Virus record (IMG/VR): IMGVR_UViG_3300042147_000020
Coordinates: 174,800-238,799 of that record
Length of the DNA: 64,000 nt
Direction: 5' to 3' (one strand)
The notes under the pieces were generated by a model. That model was not told where the DNA came from. It did no database searches and was given only the letters and a program-made list of their open reading frames with translations. Numbering within the stretch: position 1 is the first letter of the stretch; each line of letters opens with the position of its first letter. This document shows, piece by piece, positions 54,578 through 62,756 of this stretch. Position numbers and translations under genes: made by a program.

Positions 54578-55111
54578 TTACTTACGAAGCCAGCTCAGGA
54601 ATCGAGTCCACAGAGTCAGTTCAGGCATCGCTTGGATCTCTTCAGGTGGGGTCGTGGTTTCTACAGCCACCAACTCGTCAGTAGGAATACCCCAAGGGTT
54701 TTCCCCATCACGAGACTTCATCATGATTGGCTTCCAGAACTTACACGCCAGATCCGGGATGTTGTCGAAGTTGGTGAAGCCTAGGTGAATGACCGAAGCG
54801 TCACGACGAGCAGAGCCATCGCAGACCATCATCACCCGCTCACCGTTCTCACCACACCAACCCATGGCCCGAGAGGCACTACCGTTGTCTGTGTTCCAAC
54901 TCCCAGCGATCAGTCCTTCACGCTGTTCGAACTCGTTTACAAAGCTTTGGAACAGCTCAGTGAAGCGACCCTTGGACAGACGGTACACAACCACGAACTG
55001 GAAGCGCCCAGTCATCTGACGCAGGGTTAGAGGATGTTTGATCATTACTGCTCTTCGCAACTCATCCTCCAAAATCACTTCCCCGATTATATCTCTTTGC
55101 ATTGTGTTCAT
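54578..55111 (-). CDS. Hypothetical protein
   Basis: 177 aa; coupled overlap. Confidence 0.6.
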   Translation of the reverse strand: MNTMQRDIIGEVILEDELRRAVMIKHPLTLRQMTGRFQFVVVYRLSKGRFTELFQSFVNEFEQREGLIAGSWNTDNGSASRAMGWCGENGERVMMVCDGSARRDASVIHLGFTNFDNIPDLACKFWKPIMMKSRDGENPWGIPTDELVAVETTTPPEEIQAMPELTLWTRFLSWLRK

Positions 55112-55515
55112 AGTGGGGTATCCGGGTCCTTAATTGCCTTAGCCACCGCTTCATTATAAAGCGCTTCCATTTCCGGGGTGCGTTCTAACTCGTAGTCACA
55201 GTAACGGATTGTCCCTACCTGCTCAGGCGTAGCAGCACGCTCAGCAGGGAACTTGAGGATCTTCTCGAGAATGGCGTTGTCCCCATTACGATCAGCCGAC
55301 CATAAAGCAATGCTGTGCTCAGCATTGGGAACATTAACATTCGCCTCGATGTCGATCATTTGGATGCCACAGCGATCACAGAAGGCTTGGTACTCACGCA
55401 TGAAGTAGCCACGCAGGACAGTCGGTACCACCCATAGAGAGCCAGCTTTATTGAGGTTCAGTCCCCAAGTATGTTCGACCTTACGTTTACCGAGATAGAA
55501 CTTAGTCTTACGCAT
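55108..55515 (-). CDS. Hypothetical protein
   Basis: 135 aa; coupled overlap. Confidence 0.6.
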   Translation of the reverse strand: MRKTKFYLGKRKVEHTWGLNLNKAGSLWVVPTVLRGYFMREYQAFCDRCGIQMIDIEANVNVPNAEHSIALWSADRNGDNAILEKILKFPAERAATPEQVGTIRYCDYELERTPEMEALYNEAVAKAIKDPDTPL

Positions 55516-55948
55516 AACGACACCCCACGACCTCTACGCTTGGATAAAGAATCCCCGCCTTGCGGACTTCATCGGTTTTGATACTCCGACCAAACACCAT
55601 CGCTGGTGCAGTGAAGGCTGCACCCTCAGGTATCGGTGACAGACCCAGTTCTGTCTTGTCGAAGAGCTTGAACTCAGGATACTTCTCCAACAACCAGCGC
55701 CAGCCGTTGGTGTAGAGTTGCTGCTTGATAGCCAGAGTCTCTAAACCTTTGGGTGTAACCAACAATACCTCACGATCACTGTACTGCACGTACCGGTAGT
55801 CGCAATAGTCGTCAATCGCAATGTTGTCAGCGACGAAGTACTGGACAGACTTCAGGTTTGCCCGCAACCACTTCGGTACACACGGATACAACCGAGCAGC
55901 TTTGAACTGTTTTCCCGGAGTAGGGAGCATTCTAAGATTAGCAGCCAT
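55508..55948 (-). CDS. Hypothetical protein
   Basis: 146 aa; SD AAGGA. Confidence 0.6.
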   Translation of the reverse strand: MAANLRMLPTPGKQFKAARLYPCVPKWLRANLKSVQYFVADNIAIDDYCDYRYVQYSDREVLLVTPKGLETLAIKQQLYTNGWRWLLEKYPEFKLFDKTELGLSPIPEGAAFTAPAMVFGRSIKTDEVRKAGILYPSVEVVGCRYA

Positions 55949-55975
55949 TACTACATTCCTTCTAAGGGGATGGGA

Positions 55976-56173
55976 TTAGTGGAACAGTTGGTACAACAGA
56001 TTGGCCAAGCAAATAACAATAAACACGCCAAGGCCAATCCTTAGCTTTATTTCGTTACGATATTCGTCCCGGCGAGCACGGGATTGATTGAGGAGGGGAT
56101 TATTCATCGGTCTTCTCACCACTCTGGCGAGGGAAGCACACCACAGTCTTATGGATCGTACCTTGACCTCCAC
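55976..56173 (-). CDS. Small membrane protein
   Basis: C-terminal TM IGLGVFIVICLANLLY; start uncertain. Confidence 0.4.
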   Translation of the reverse strand: MEVKVRSIRLWCASLARVVRRPMNNPLLNQSRARRDEYRNEIKLRIGLGVFIVICLANLLYQLFH

Positions 56174-56351
56174 GACGGTCTTTGACGACTACCCACTCGA
56201 CACCTTCTTTACGAGCATCGGCGCCCAGAACAGCGTGGGCGGTCCTGGTACAGCCCGGTTCGTCGGTGGTTTCAAAGGACGTGGAGGTTGTTGCGATCGT
56301 GCCGTTGAAGGTCACGGTGGCGGTCAGAATTACGTTCATTAGTAGTGGCAT
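56100..56351 (-). CDS. Small hypothetical protein
   Basis: 83 aa; SD AAGGA. Confidence 0.5.
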   Translation of the reverse strand: MPLLMNVILTATVTFNGTIATTSTSFETTDEPGCTRTAHAVLGADARKEGVEWVVVKDRRGGQGTIHKTVVCFPRQSGEKTDE

Positions 56352-56407
56352 TGTTTCTATCCTTTCTTAAGGGGCATAGTTGGGAGCCCGAAGGCTCCCA
56401 ACTGGAT

Positions 56408-57727
56408 TTACACGATAACGTGCGGGATGAAGCGTTCGTTCTTCCACGACAGAGTCGGGGATTCGAATTCACGGATACACAAGGTAGCCGCTGTGGAGTC
56501 CATCATGTCGTCACGGTCTTCGACAGCGTCGGGAACCATGAACATACCGATGATGAAGTTGTGACGACCTTCGACCTGACCCGGAGGACAGTACGCTTGG
56601 TAAACACAGTCATCGGTGTACGGACCTTCCGACTCGTGCACTAATTCGTTGTGATCACCGAAGATCTTGACGTTAGACGACATGCGACCAACTAGAGGCT
56701 TCTGGACGTACGAAAGACCGGACTTGATGAACGGTTCAGGTGACATGTAGGTAGCTAGGGTAGGAACGTCATCCCACGCGCAACCATAACCCGCTGGGTC
56801 AGATTCACGCAGGTAGGTGATGTAAGCCCAGATACCTTTGTTCGAAGCAAACCAACGCCACGCAGGCTCCAGGAAGGTTACGTTACCTGCCCAGTTAGCC
56901 CACTCTTTGTAACCTTGAGGGAAGTTCTCAACCATCTCTTCCCACGGAGACAAAGCAAAGACCACGTCCAGACGACGCTCACCGATGACCCACGGCTTAT
57001 CACGACAAGCGTGATCGTAGTCGATGTCTTCGAAGGTTGCGAACAGGGTGGTGTTGTTCTGACCCAAGATCTGAGCCAGCGTTTCAGCAGTCACCATGTC
57101 TTCAAAGCTGCGCTGTTCGAACAGTACACCGACAAAGCCTGGGACTTGACCCAGCTCTTCGAGTTCGTGGATCAGCGTAGGCCAGAACATGTTGAGTTGG
57201 TCTTCCTCGTCACCAGTGAACTGTTTGCACAGGTTGGTTTGAAGGTTGACCGATTCGAACAACATGGTCGGGGTATCGCCGTTGAACTCGTAGATCCCGG
57301 TCACCTTTTCAGTGACTGGATCAAACGCAGCATCGAAGCGACCGTACAACGACTGGCGAGCAGAACCGTGGTTACGGAATGTCCACTTGGCGTAGTCAAT
57401 GAAGTACGGGTGTTTACGCAGGAAGTCACAGCCCATGAAATCCATGATGGTCGCATGGTTCTCGTTGAACAGACGACCTACTGCGTCAACCAGTTGGGCG
57501 TAGGCGCGTTCGAACATCAGTTCCATCGGAGCACACGAGGCTTGACGGATGGTGTAGAACGGCATCGCATCTTGGTTCTTGATGAAGTAATCGAAGTAAT
57601 CGGTTACATCCGCTTTGAACTTGGCGTCTGCAATCGCGCCTTCACGATAAAAGCCTTGCGACCAAGGTAGCTCTTCAACCATGATTTGGTTAAGGTCGAA
57701 GCGGATCTTCTTTTTCAAACATTGCAT
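56408..57727 (-). CDS. Glutathionylspermidine-synthase-like ATP-grasp ligase (YgiC/YjfC family)
   Basis: YGRFD, YEFNGDTPTMLFES, LEPAW..FASNKG, YVQKPLVGRMSSNV, ERFIPH. Confidence 0.88.
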   Translation of the reverse strand: MQCLKKKIRFDLNQIMVEELPWSQGFYREGAIADAKFKADVTDYFDYFIKNQDAMPFYTIRQASCAPMELMFERAYAQLVDAVGRLFNENHATIMDFMGCDFLRKHPYFIDYAKWTFRNHGSARQSLYGRFDAAFDPVTEKVTGIYEFNGDTPTMLFESVNLQTNLCKQFTGDEEDQLNMFWPTLIHELEELGQVPGFVGVLFEQRSFEDMVTAETLAQILGQNNTTLFATFEDIDYDHACRDKPWVIGERRLDVVFALSPWEEMVENFPQGYKEWANWAGNVTFLEPAWRWFASNKGIWAYITYLRESDPAGYGCAWDDVPTLATYMSPEPFIKSGLSYVQKPLVGRMSSNVKIFGDHNELVHESEGPYTDDCVYQAYCPPGQVEGRHNFIIGMFMVPDAVEDRDDMMDSTAATLCIREFESPTLSWKNERFIPHVIV

Positions 57728-57729
57728 AC

Positions 57730-58335
57730 TTAACTACTCGCTGAACCGTGGGATGCTGCGCGTGCACTGCTACCGGACATCACGCCAGTAGAGCGGGAGG
57801 AAATGACGCTGCTGGTCATGCTGCTGCGGAAGCTGGGCGAGGAGCGCACAGAAGTCCGGGCTTGGTTCATCATCATCGTGGTGTTGGCAGAACTGGCAGA
57901 GTTCACGCGACGACGACGTTCCTCTTCAGCGTACGAGCTACTACTCGACGGCCTGTAACGCTGGGAGTAGTTGTTCATACCACCCATGCTGTTCATGGCT
58001 TGGGCTAGTAAGAAGCCGGTAGCCATACCGCCCACCAGAGGCCAGACCGAATCGCTGTTCTGACCAGACGCAGTTTCCTTCACGACGTGGATCTCTTTCT
58101 CACCCTTTTCGTTATAGGTGTAGTAGACGTCTTTGACCGACGGGTCTTTGGACTGGAGTTCGGCGAGGGTTTTCTTGCGATCTTCCTCATCGGACGCCAA
58201 GGTCTGACGTACTTGCTTCTGCGCTTCGTCGTCGACGTAAGCATCTGCTTCTGCGGCAGAAGGTTGGTCCGGTTCACAACCGGCAAGGAGGACGGTACTG
58301 GCCACCATGGCCAGAGCTAGTTTGGTTTTATCCAT
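57730..58335 (-). CDS. Lipoprotein with Ser/Gly/Met-rich C-terminal tail, partner of the GspS-like gene
   Basis: Signal peptide with lipobox LLAG-C; internal hydrophobic segment; low-complexity tail; 2 nt from the ligase start. Confidence 0.75.
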   Translation of the reverse strand: MDKTKLALAMVASTVLLAGCEPDQPSAAEADAYVDDEAQKQVRQTLASDEEDRKKTLAELQSKDPSVKDVYYTYNEKGEKEIHVVKETASGQNSDSVWPLVGGMATGFLLAQAMNSMGGMNNYSQRYRPSSSSSYAEEERRRRVNSASSANTTMMMNQARTSVRSSPSFRSSMTSSVISSRSTGVMSGSSARAASHGSASS

Positions 58336-58399
58336 GGATCGAAAAAGCCTTCTACTTTATTGTGGGAGTGGAGCGAGCCTAACCCCGCCCACCGGTTTA

Positions 58400-58678
58400 T
58401 TATGCGATTGGGGTACACGAGTCGATGGTGAAGAGGACCTTTTGGGGATCACCCTCAGCAAACTCACGAAGCTTCCCTATCACCACCGTGAGATCCAACT
58501 GACCTTGTGGTGTAGGGAACCAGCTCAACAACTGATCAACCTGACGTTGCGTTTCCTCAGGGTGATAGTCGATGTAGTGTTCCGGGGCCAGGTCCACCTT
58601 TGGCAATGGCTTACCGAAATCAAACACCGTCCCTGACGGAATATCGAACAACGCCCCGACGTTAAACGGCACCTTCAT
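58400..58678 (-). CDS. Hypothetical protein
   Basis: 92 aa; overlaps the thyA stop. Confidence 0.55.
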   Translation of the reverse strand: MKVPFNVGALFDIPSGTVFDFGKPLPKVDLAPEHYIDYHPEETQRQVDQLLSWFPTPQGQLDLTVVIGKLREFAEGDPQKVLFTIDSCTPIA

Positions 58679-60240
58679 ACCGCAGCCTTCGGGAACTTGA
58701 CCTTAGCAGTGGCTTTGTAGCCCACAACCTTGATGTCGTCGAGCGTGAAGTCAAACAGGTTCTTGACGTGCGGGTTGAGTTGGATGGTTGGGTGAGAATC
58801 GGGATGACCCTCGTGTTCCAACCACTCCAGCACACCAGGCCACTGATCTTCGTAGACGTGACAGTTACCGCCAACGTAAGTGAAGGTGTCAGTCGCCATA
58901 CCCACACACTGTGCGATCATGTGGGTCAGGATCTGGTACTGAACGATGTTGAACGGGTGACCCAGTGGGATGTCGTTACTGCGCATGTAGAGCAACGAAG
59001 ACAGCTTGCGAGTAGGAACACCAGCTTCGTCTAGGAACGCCAAGGTTTCTGGATGGTGCTTCATTTGGGTTTCGTGACGACGGTCGTCATGAGTAGCGGC
59101 CAACTGGATCGCTTCTAGAGACAGGTGCTCAAACCCAGCAGGCTTGAACGTACCTAGCCACTCCAGACGCTCACGGATCGACATCGGTACCGAGAAGAAC
59201 TGACACAGCGTGTGACAAGGACGCAAAGCCATTTCATCCAGCTCACCCACATTCCAAGCAGACAGGATAATGCCTCGATCGTCTGGTTTGGTACGGAGCA
59301 TGTCGATAACGTTTTGCAGTTGGTCAATCTTGCGACTAACAACCGCCACGCTACCGTTACACGCACCACTGGACAGGTCGTCTGGGGTCAGCAACATACC
59401 ACGGAATTCGTAGCCTTGTTGCTCCAGCTTGTCGGCGTCTTCACGACACACCACGCGAGTCTGTTCCCAACCACGCCACTGATGTTGGTAGATCCGTGGG
59501 AGTTCCCCGGCTATCAGTTCCTGACGAGGGATGTCCATTGCATCCATAGCCAGATGTGCATTGGTGAAACCGCCCTGGGGATCTTCCCCGATGAGGATAC
59601 CCTTTTCCTTCGCCATTGCTTTACGCACTTCGAAGCTGAGGTCGCGGTATTCTTCGGTACCCTTCTTGACCCACGAGTCCCAGATATTGACCTTGTGTTC
59701 TTTCAGGAAACGGATGTTGGTATCACCCGAGATCATCCAGACCAGTTCGACCTTGACGCCCTCGACCCAGGTATACTTCGAGGAGACCGCATGGACCTGA
59801 CCCATGGAGATGTCGTACGTGTGAGAAGCACCCACCACAGCACGGGAGTTGACGCCGGTACGAGTGGTATCCTCGACACCTTCTTCCATGATCCGCAGAA
59901 TCAGCTCGCGAACGTTGTCATCTACAGTAGGCTGACGGGCGACTAATCCAACGATCGCTTTGTGGATGCTGCTCGGGTTGAAGTCACGCAACAATGACTT
60001 GTTGCGGATCAGCTTAGCCGATACTTCAGGACGGAACTCGAACGGGATACGTTGGTTGTCCAATTCACACAACATGTCACCGACTTGCATCGGATCGGAC
60101 TTGTTACAAAGACCGGCCATGTAGTTACCGCTCAGGGAGAGTAACTGTACACGTTGGTCGAAGGTGTAGAAGTTCGACGAGTCGTGATCGGCGATCATGC
60201 GCTTTGCCGATTCGCGTTGTTGTTCATTTGGGAAAGTCAT
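58675..60240 (-). CDS. thyA: Thymidylate synthase with N-terminal extension and insertions
   Basis: DRTGV-like TRTGV, NIWDSW, YQHQWR, IILSAWN, LRPCH, YMRSND..LGHPFNIVQY, GNCHVY. Confidence 0.92.
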   Translation of the reverse strand: MTFPNEQQRESAKRMIADHDSSNFYTFDQRVQLLSLSGNYMAGLCNKSDPMQVGDMLCELDNQRIPFEFRPEVSAKLIRNKSLLRDFNPSSIHKAIVGLVARQPTVDDNVRELILRIMEEGVEDTTRTGVNSRAVVGASHTYDISMGQVHAVSSKYTWVEGVKVELVWMISGDTNIRFLKEHKVNIWDSWVKKGTEEYRDLSFEVRKAMAKEKGILIGEDPQGGFTNAHLAMDAMDIPRQELIAGELPRIYQHQWRGWEQTRVVCREDADKLEQQGYEFRGMLLTPDDLSSGACNGSVAVVSRKIDQLQNVIDMLRTKPDDRGIILSAWNVGELDEMALRPCHTLCQFFSVPMSIRERLEWLGTFKPAGFEHLSLEAIQLAATHDDRRHETQMKHHPETLAFLDEAGVPTRKLSSLLYMRSNDIPLGHPFNIVQYQILTHMIAQCVGMATDTFTYVGGNCHVYEDQWPGVLEWLEHEGHPDSHPTIQLNPHVKNLFDFTLDDIKVVGYKATAKVKFPKAAV

Positions 60241-60251
60241 TATTCCTCTCC

Positions 60252-60668
60252 TTAGAGGTAGATGTAAGCGCATTCGTTGTTGAGAATGTGGTCGAGCATC
60301 GACCGGCGATGTATGGCGATCTCGTCCTCGTTGTTATAGATGAAGCAGTCTTGCAGGATTTCAAGGAACGCTTCAATCCGACCCGGTTGTTCAGTTGGGT
60401 GATTAAAGAAGCTGACATGTACGGACGACTCGTGATCGGGTGGAATGTCCATGTCACGGTGATGCGGTGGGATCACATTGGAGATCACAATGATAGTCCC
60501 AGTGTTCTTTGCACGAGCAAAGCAGCAGAGCAGATGTTGAGGTGCCCCGGTTTCAGGATCAGTCAACTTCACGAAGTCACCCAAAGGAGCAACTTGACGG
60601 AATCCTTCAACGTTCAAAAACAACTGACGAACCCGGTTTGGAATCAACGTAGCTTCAGCTTTCAACAT
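60252..60668 (-). CDS. Hypothetical protein
   Basis: Likely start MLKAEA after the promoter-like motif. Confidence 0.5.
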   Translation of the reverse strand: MLKAEATLIPNRVRQLFLNVEGFRQVAPLGDFVKLTDPETGAPQHLLCCFARAKNTGTIIVISNVIPPHHRDMDIPPDHESSVHVSFFNHPTEQPGRIEAFLEILQDCFIYNNEDEIAIHRRSMLDHILNNECAYIYL

Positions 60669-60716
60669 TACACTAACCTTCTGAGGTAAAAAACTTAGGG
60701 ACATTGTTGCAACTAG

Positions 60717-60734
60717 ATGATATACGTTTGAAAT
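60717..60734 (-). promoter_or_regulatory. Early-promoter-like variant ATTTCAAACG-TATATCAT
   Basis: Same TTTCAA-n4-TATAT spacing as 40273 and 24531. Confidence 0.45.
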
Positions 60735-60791
60735 ATCTTTACATGAGGGCATAGAGCCGTGGGGGATTGACCCACGACTCAAACCTTTTAC

Positions 60792-62147
60792 TTACGAAGC
60801 CAGGTCGCTCAAACGTACAGCTTCTTCTTCAGCCGTAGGTTGTACTGAATCGCTGATGCGAACCAGTTCTTCAACTGCAACTTTCATCTGGTCGTCAGTA
60901 GTGCCGACTTCGCGGTGCAGTTCAGTCAACACCTTGGTTTCAGCCGAAGGATCGACTGGAAGCTGTGTTGGGATGCTGTCGATCTGGTCAATGATCGCCT
61001 GAGCGAATGCGTCAACCGATGGAGCAGGCTTGATGGTTTCTTTATAGATCTCGGTCAGGCGGTCGATCGTACCTTGTGGATCTGGATCTTCCGCGTCGAC
61101 GGTGAAGTACAACACACCGTCGGTACCACGAGACATGCCTTCCACGTCTTCAGGAACAGTGAATTGCATCACAGGTTCAGTCAGACCGCGACCGATGTCG
61201 CCTTCAGCCAAGAACGGGGCTTCGTCGATGTGGATCAGTTCTGGACATTCGCCACGCATACGCACTGGCTCTTCAGCACTACCCTCGGCCTCTGGTGCAG
61301 CTTCGTCGTGACCGTGTTCACCAACGAACATGGCATCTACCGCAGCAGCCGCTTTGGCAGCGTCGATGATTTCGATCTGAGCGCGGATGCACAGCTTCGA
61401 CCAGTTTTCGAAGTCGTACAGGGCGTTCTCTTCTGGCAGCTCGAGATCAGCGTCCAGTTCTTCCAGGGTACGGAAGCCGACGGTGATCAGCTCTTCTTCT
61501 TTGCAGAGAACTTCAACGCCTTCTGGCAGACCGATGGACATCACGACGCCGATGTGTTGCAGACCTACTGCGTCAGTGTCGTCGCGGATGAACGCTTCGT
61601 GACCGTAAGTGTACAGGTTGCCGGATTCAGCGTACTCGGTGAAGGACATACCGTTGAAGGTAGCTTCTTCGTCCAGTTCGGTGACCATGCAAGCCAACAG
61701 GCTTTCAGTGGTGTTGAACGACCAGTCGCTGTGGAAGCGTACCGACTCGGCTTCTGGATGACCACCCAGAGCTACGGAGAACTTCTGACCCAGTAGGTCT
61801 TCGCCGATCAGCTTGGTACGCTGGTAGACGAACAACTCGAGCGAGCCATCAGGACGCTGACGGTGGATCAGGATGTACGGGATAGGGTGACGGAAGTGAG
61901 GGTCTGCTTCCAGACGAGCACGTTGAGCCAGCAGAGTACCAGGCTTCAGGGCCTCCATACGCTCACGCAGGACGTCGCGGGTTGGGTCGGACATGGCTTC
62001 ATAGCCTTGAACCGGGAACGCAGCGTCAGCGGCATCACGGAAGAAGCCGAGGATGTTGGCCTTTTTGGCTTGGTCTTTCTTCGACACCACAGGGACGTCG
62101 GTTTCCAGACCAGCTTCGTCTGGGTGCACGTTGTTTGCTTCGGACAT
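60792..62147 (-). CDS. Nudix-fold hydrolase with long acidic C-terminal extension
   Basis: HPIPYILI, YQRT, SVALGGH, ELDEE, HIGVV. Confidence 0.7.
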   Translation of the reverse strand: MSEANNVHPDEAGLETDVPVVSKKDQAKKANILGFFRDAADAAFPVQGYEAMSDPTRDVLRERMEALKPGTLLAQRARLEADPHFRHPIPYILIHRQRPDGSLELFVYQRTKLIGEDLLGQKFSVALGGHPEAESVRFHSDWSFNTTESLLACMVTELDEEATFNGMSFTEYAESGNLYTYGHEAFIRDDTDAVGLQHIGVVMSIGLPEGVEVLCKEEELITVGFRTLEELDADLELPEENALYDFENWSKLCIRAQIEIIDAAKAAAAVDAMFVGEHGHDEAAPEAEGSAEEPVRMRGECPELIHIDEAPFLAEGDIGRGLTEPVMQFTVPEDVEGMSRGTDGVLYFTVDAEDPDPQGTIDRLTEIYKETIKPAPSVDAFAQAIIDQIDSIPTQLPVDPSAETKVLTELHREVGTTDDQMKVAVEELVRISDSVQPTAEEEAVRLSDLAS

Positions 62148-62205
62148 TACGGTTCCTTAACAGTATCAGGGTTAATCACACAAGATTCGGATTCAGTGTG
62201 AGAAA

Positions 62206-62709
62206 TTACTGGCGGTTCTTACGAGCGACCGCAACCTTGGCGGCGATACCGTCAAAGAATCTACTGACCTCGTCATCGGAGATCTCTGGCTGGTATCCGA
62301 GAGTCGATTTAGCGTAGTCGAACACAGTCTCGACGATCTCACGCATTGCCGCCTCAACGTCTTTGGGGAAGCCATCACGCCATTCAGAAGGGGTGTCCAA
62401 CGACCACTCCACCGGGAAGCCCAGTTCGTCCCGATCGTGAATGATGATGTACCAACGGTACGGGTAACCATCACCGACGCGGAAGAAGAACGCGGTGTTA
62501 GTACCGTCCCGGTCACCGTAGAAGTTGTACTGACACAATTCGTCGAAGTGTTTGACCTCTTGGAACGTGATGACTTGTAGGTTCAACGTCCCACACGAAG
62601 TAGGTTTAGACCACATCATCTCACGAGGGAACTTACACTTGCGCAGCCGTTCGAGTTGTGTAGCGTAGAAGTGTAAGGTTGCACTGGATTCAGAGAAAGC
62701 CATTTTCAA
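62206..62709 (-). CDS. Hypothetical protein
   Basis: 167 aa; SD GGAGG. Confidence 0.6.
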   Translation of the reverse strand: MKMAFSESSATLHFYATQLERLRKCKFPREMMWSKPTSCGTLNLQVITFQEVKHFDELCQYNFYGDRDGTNTAFFFRVGDGYPYRWYIIIHDRDELGFPVEWSLDTPSEWRDGFPKDVEAAMREIVETVFDYAKSTLGYQPEISDDEVSRFFDGIAAKVAVARKNRQ

Positions 62710-62717
62710 AACCTCCC

Positions 62718-62754
62718 AACATAAAGGAGGGCCGAAGCCCTCCAGTATGCCGTT
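62718..62754 (-). terminator. Terminator downstream of NAMPT
   Basis: GGAGGGC-cgaa-GCCCTCC with CATA/TATGCCGTT flanks. Confidence 0.7.
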
Positions 62755-62756
62755 AC

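Noticed and set aside
58675-60240. ThyA-fold protein as a dCMP hydroxymethylase for DNA modification
   Set aside because: Keeps Asn in PFNIVQY (dUMP specificity) rather than the Asp of dCMP hydroxymethylases, and DHFR is present.
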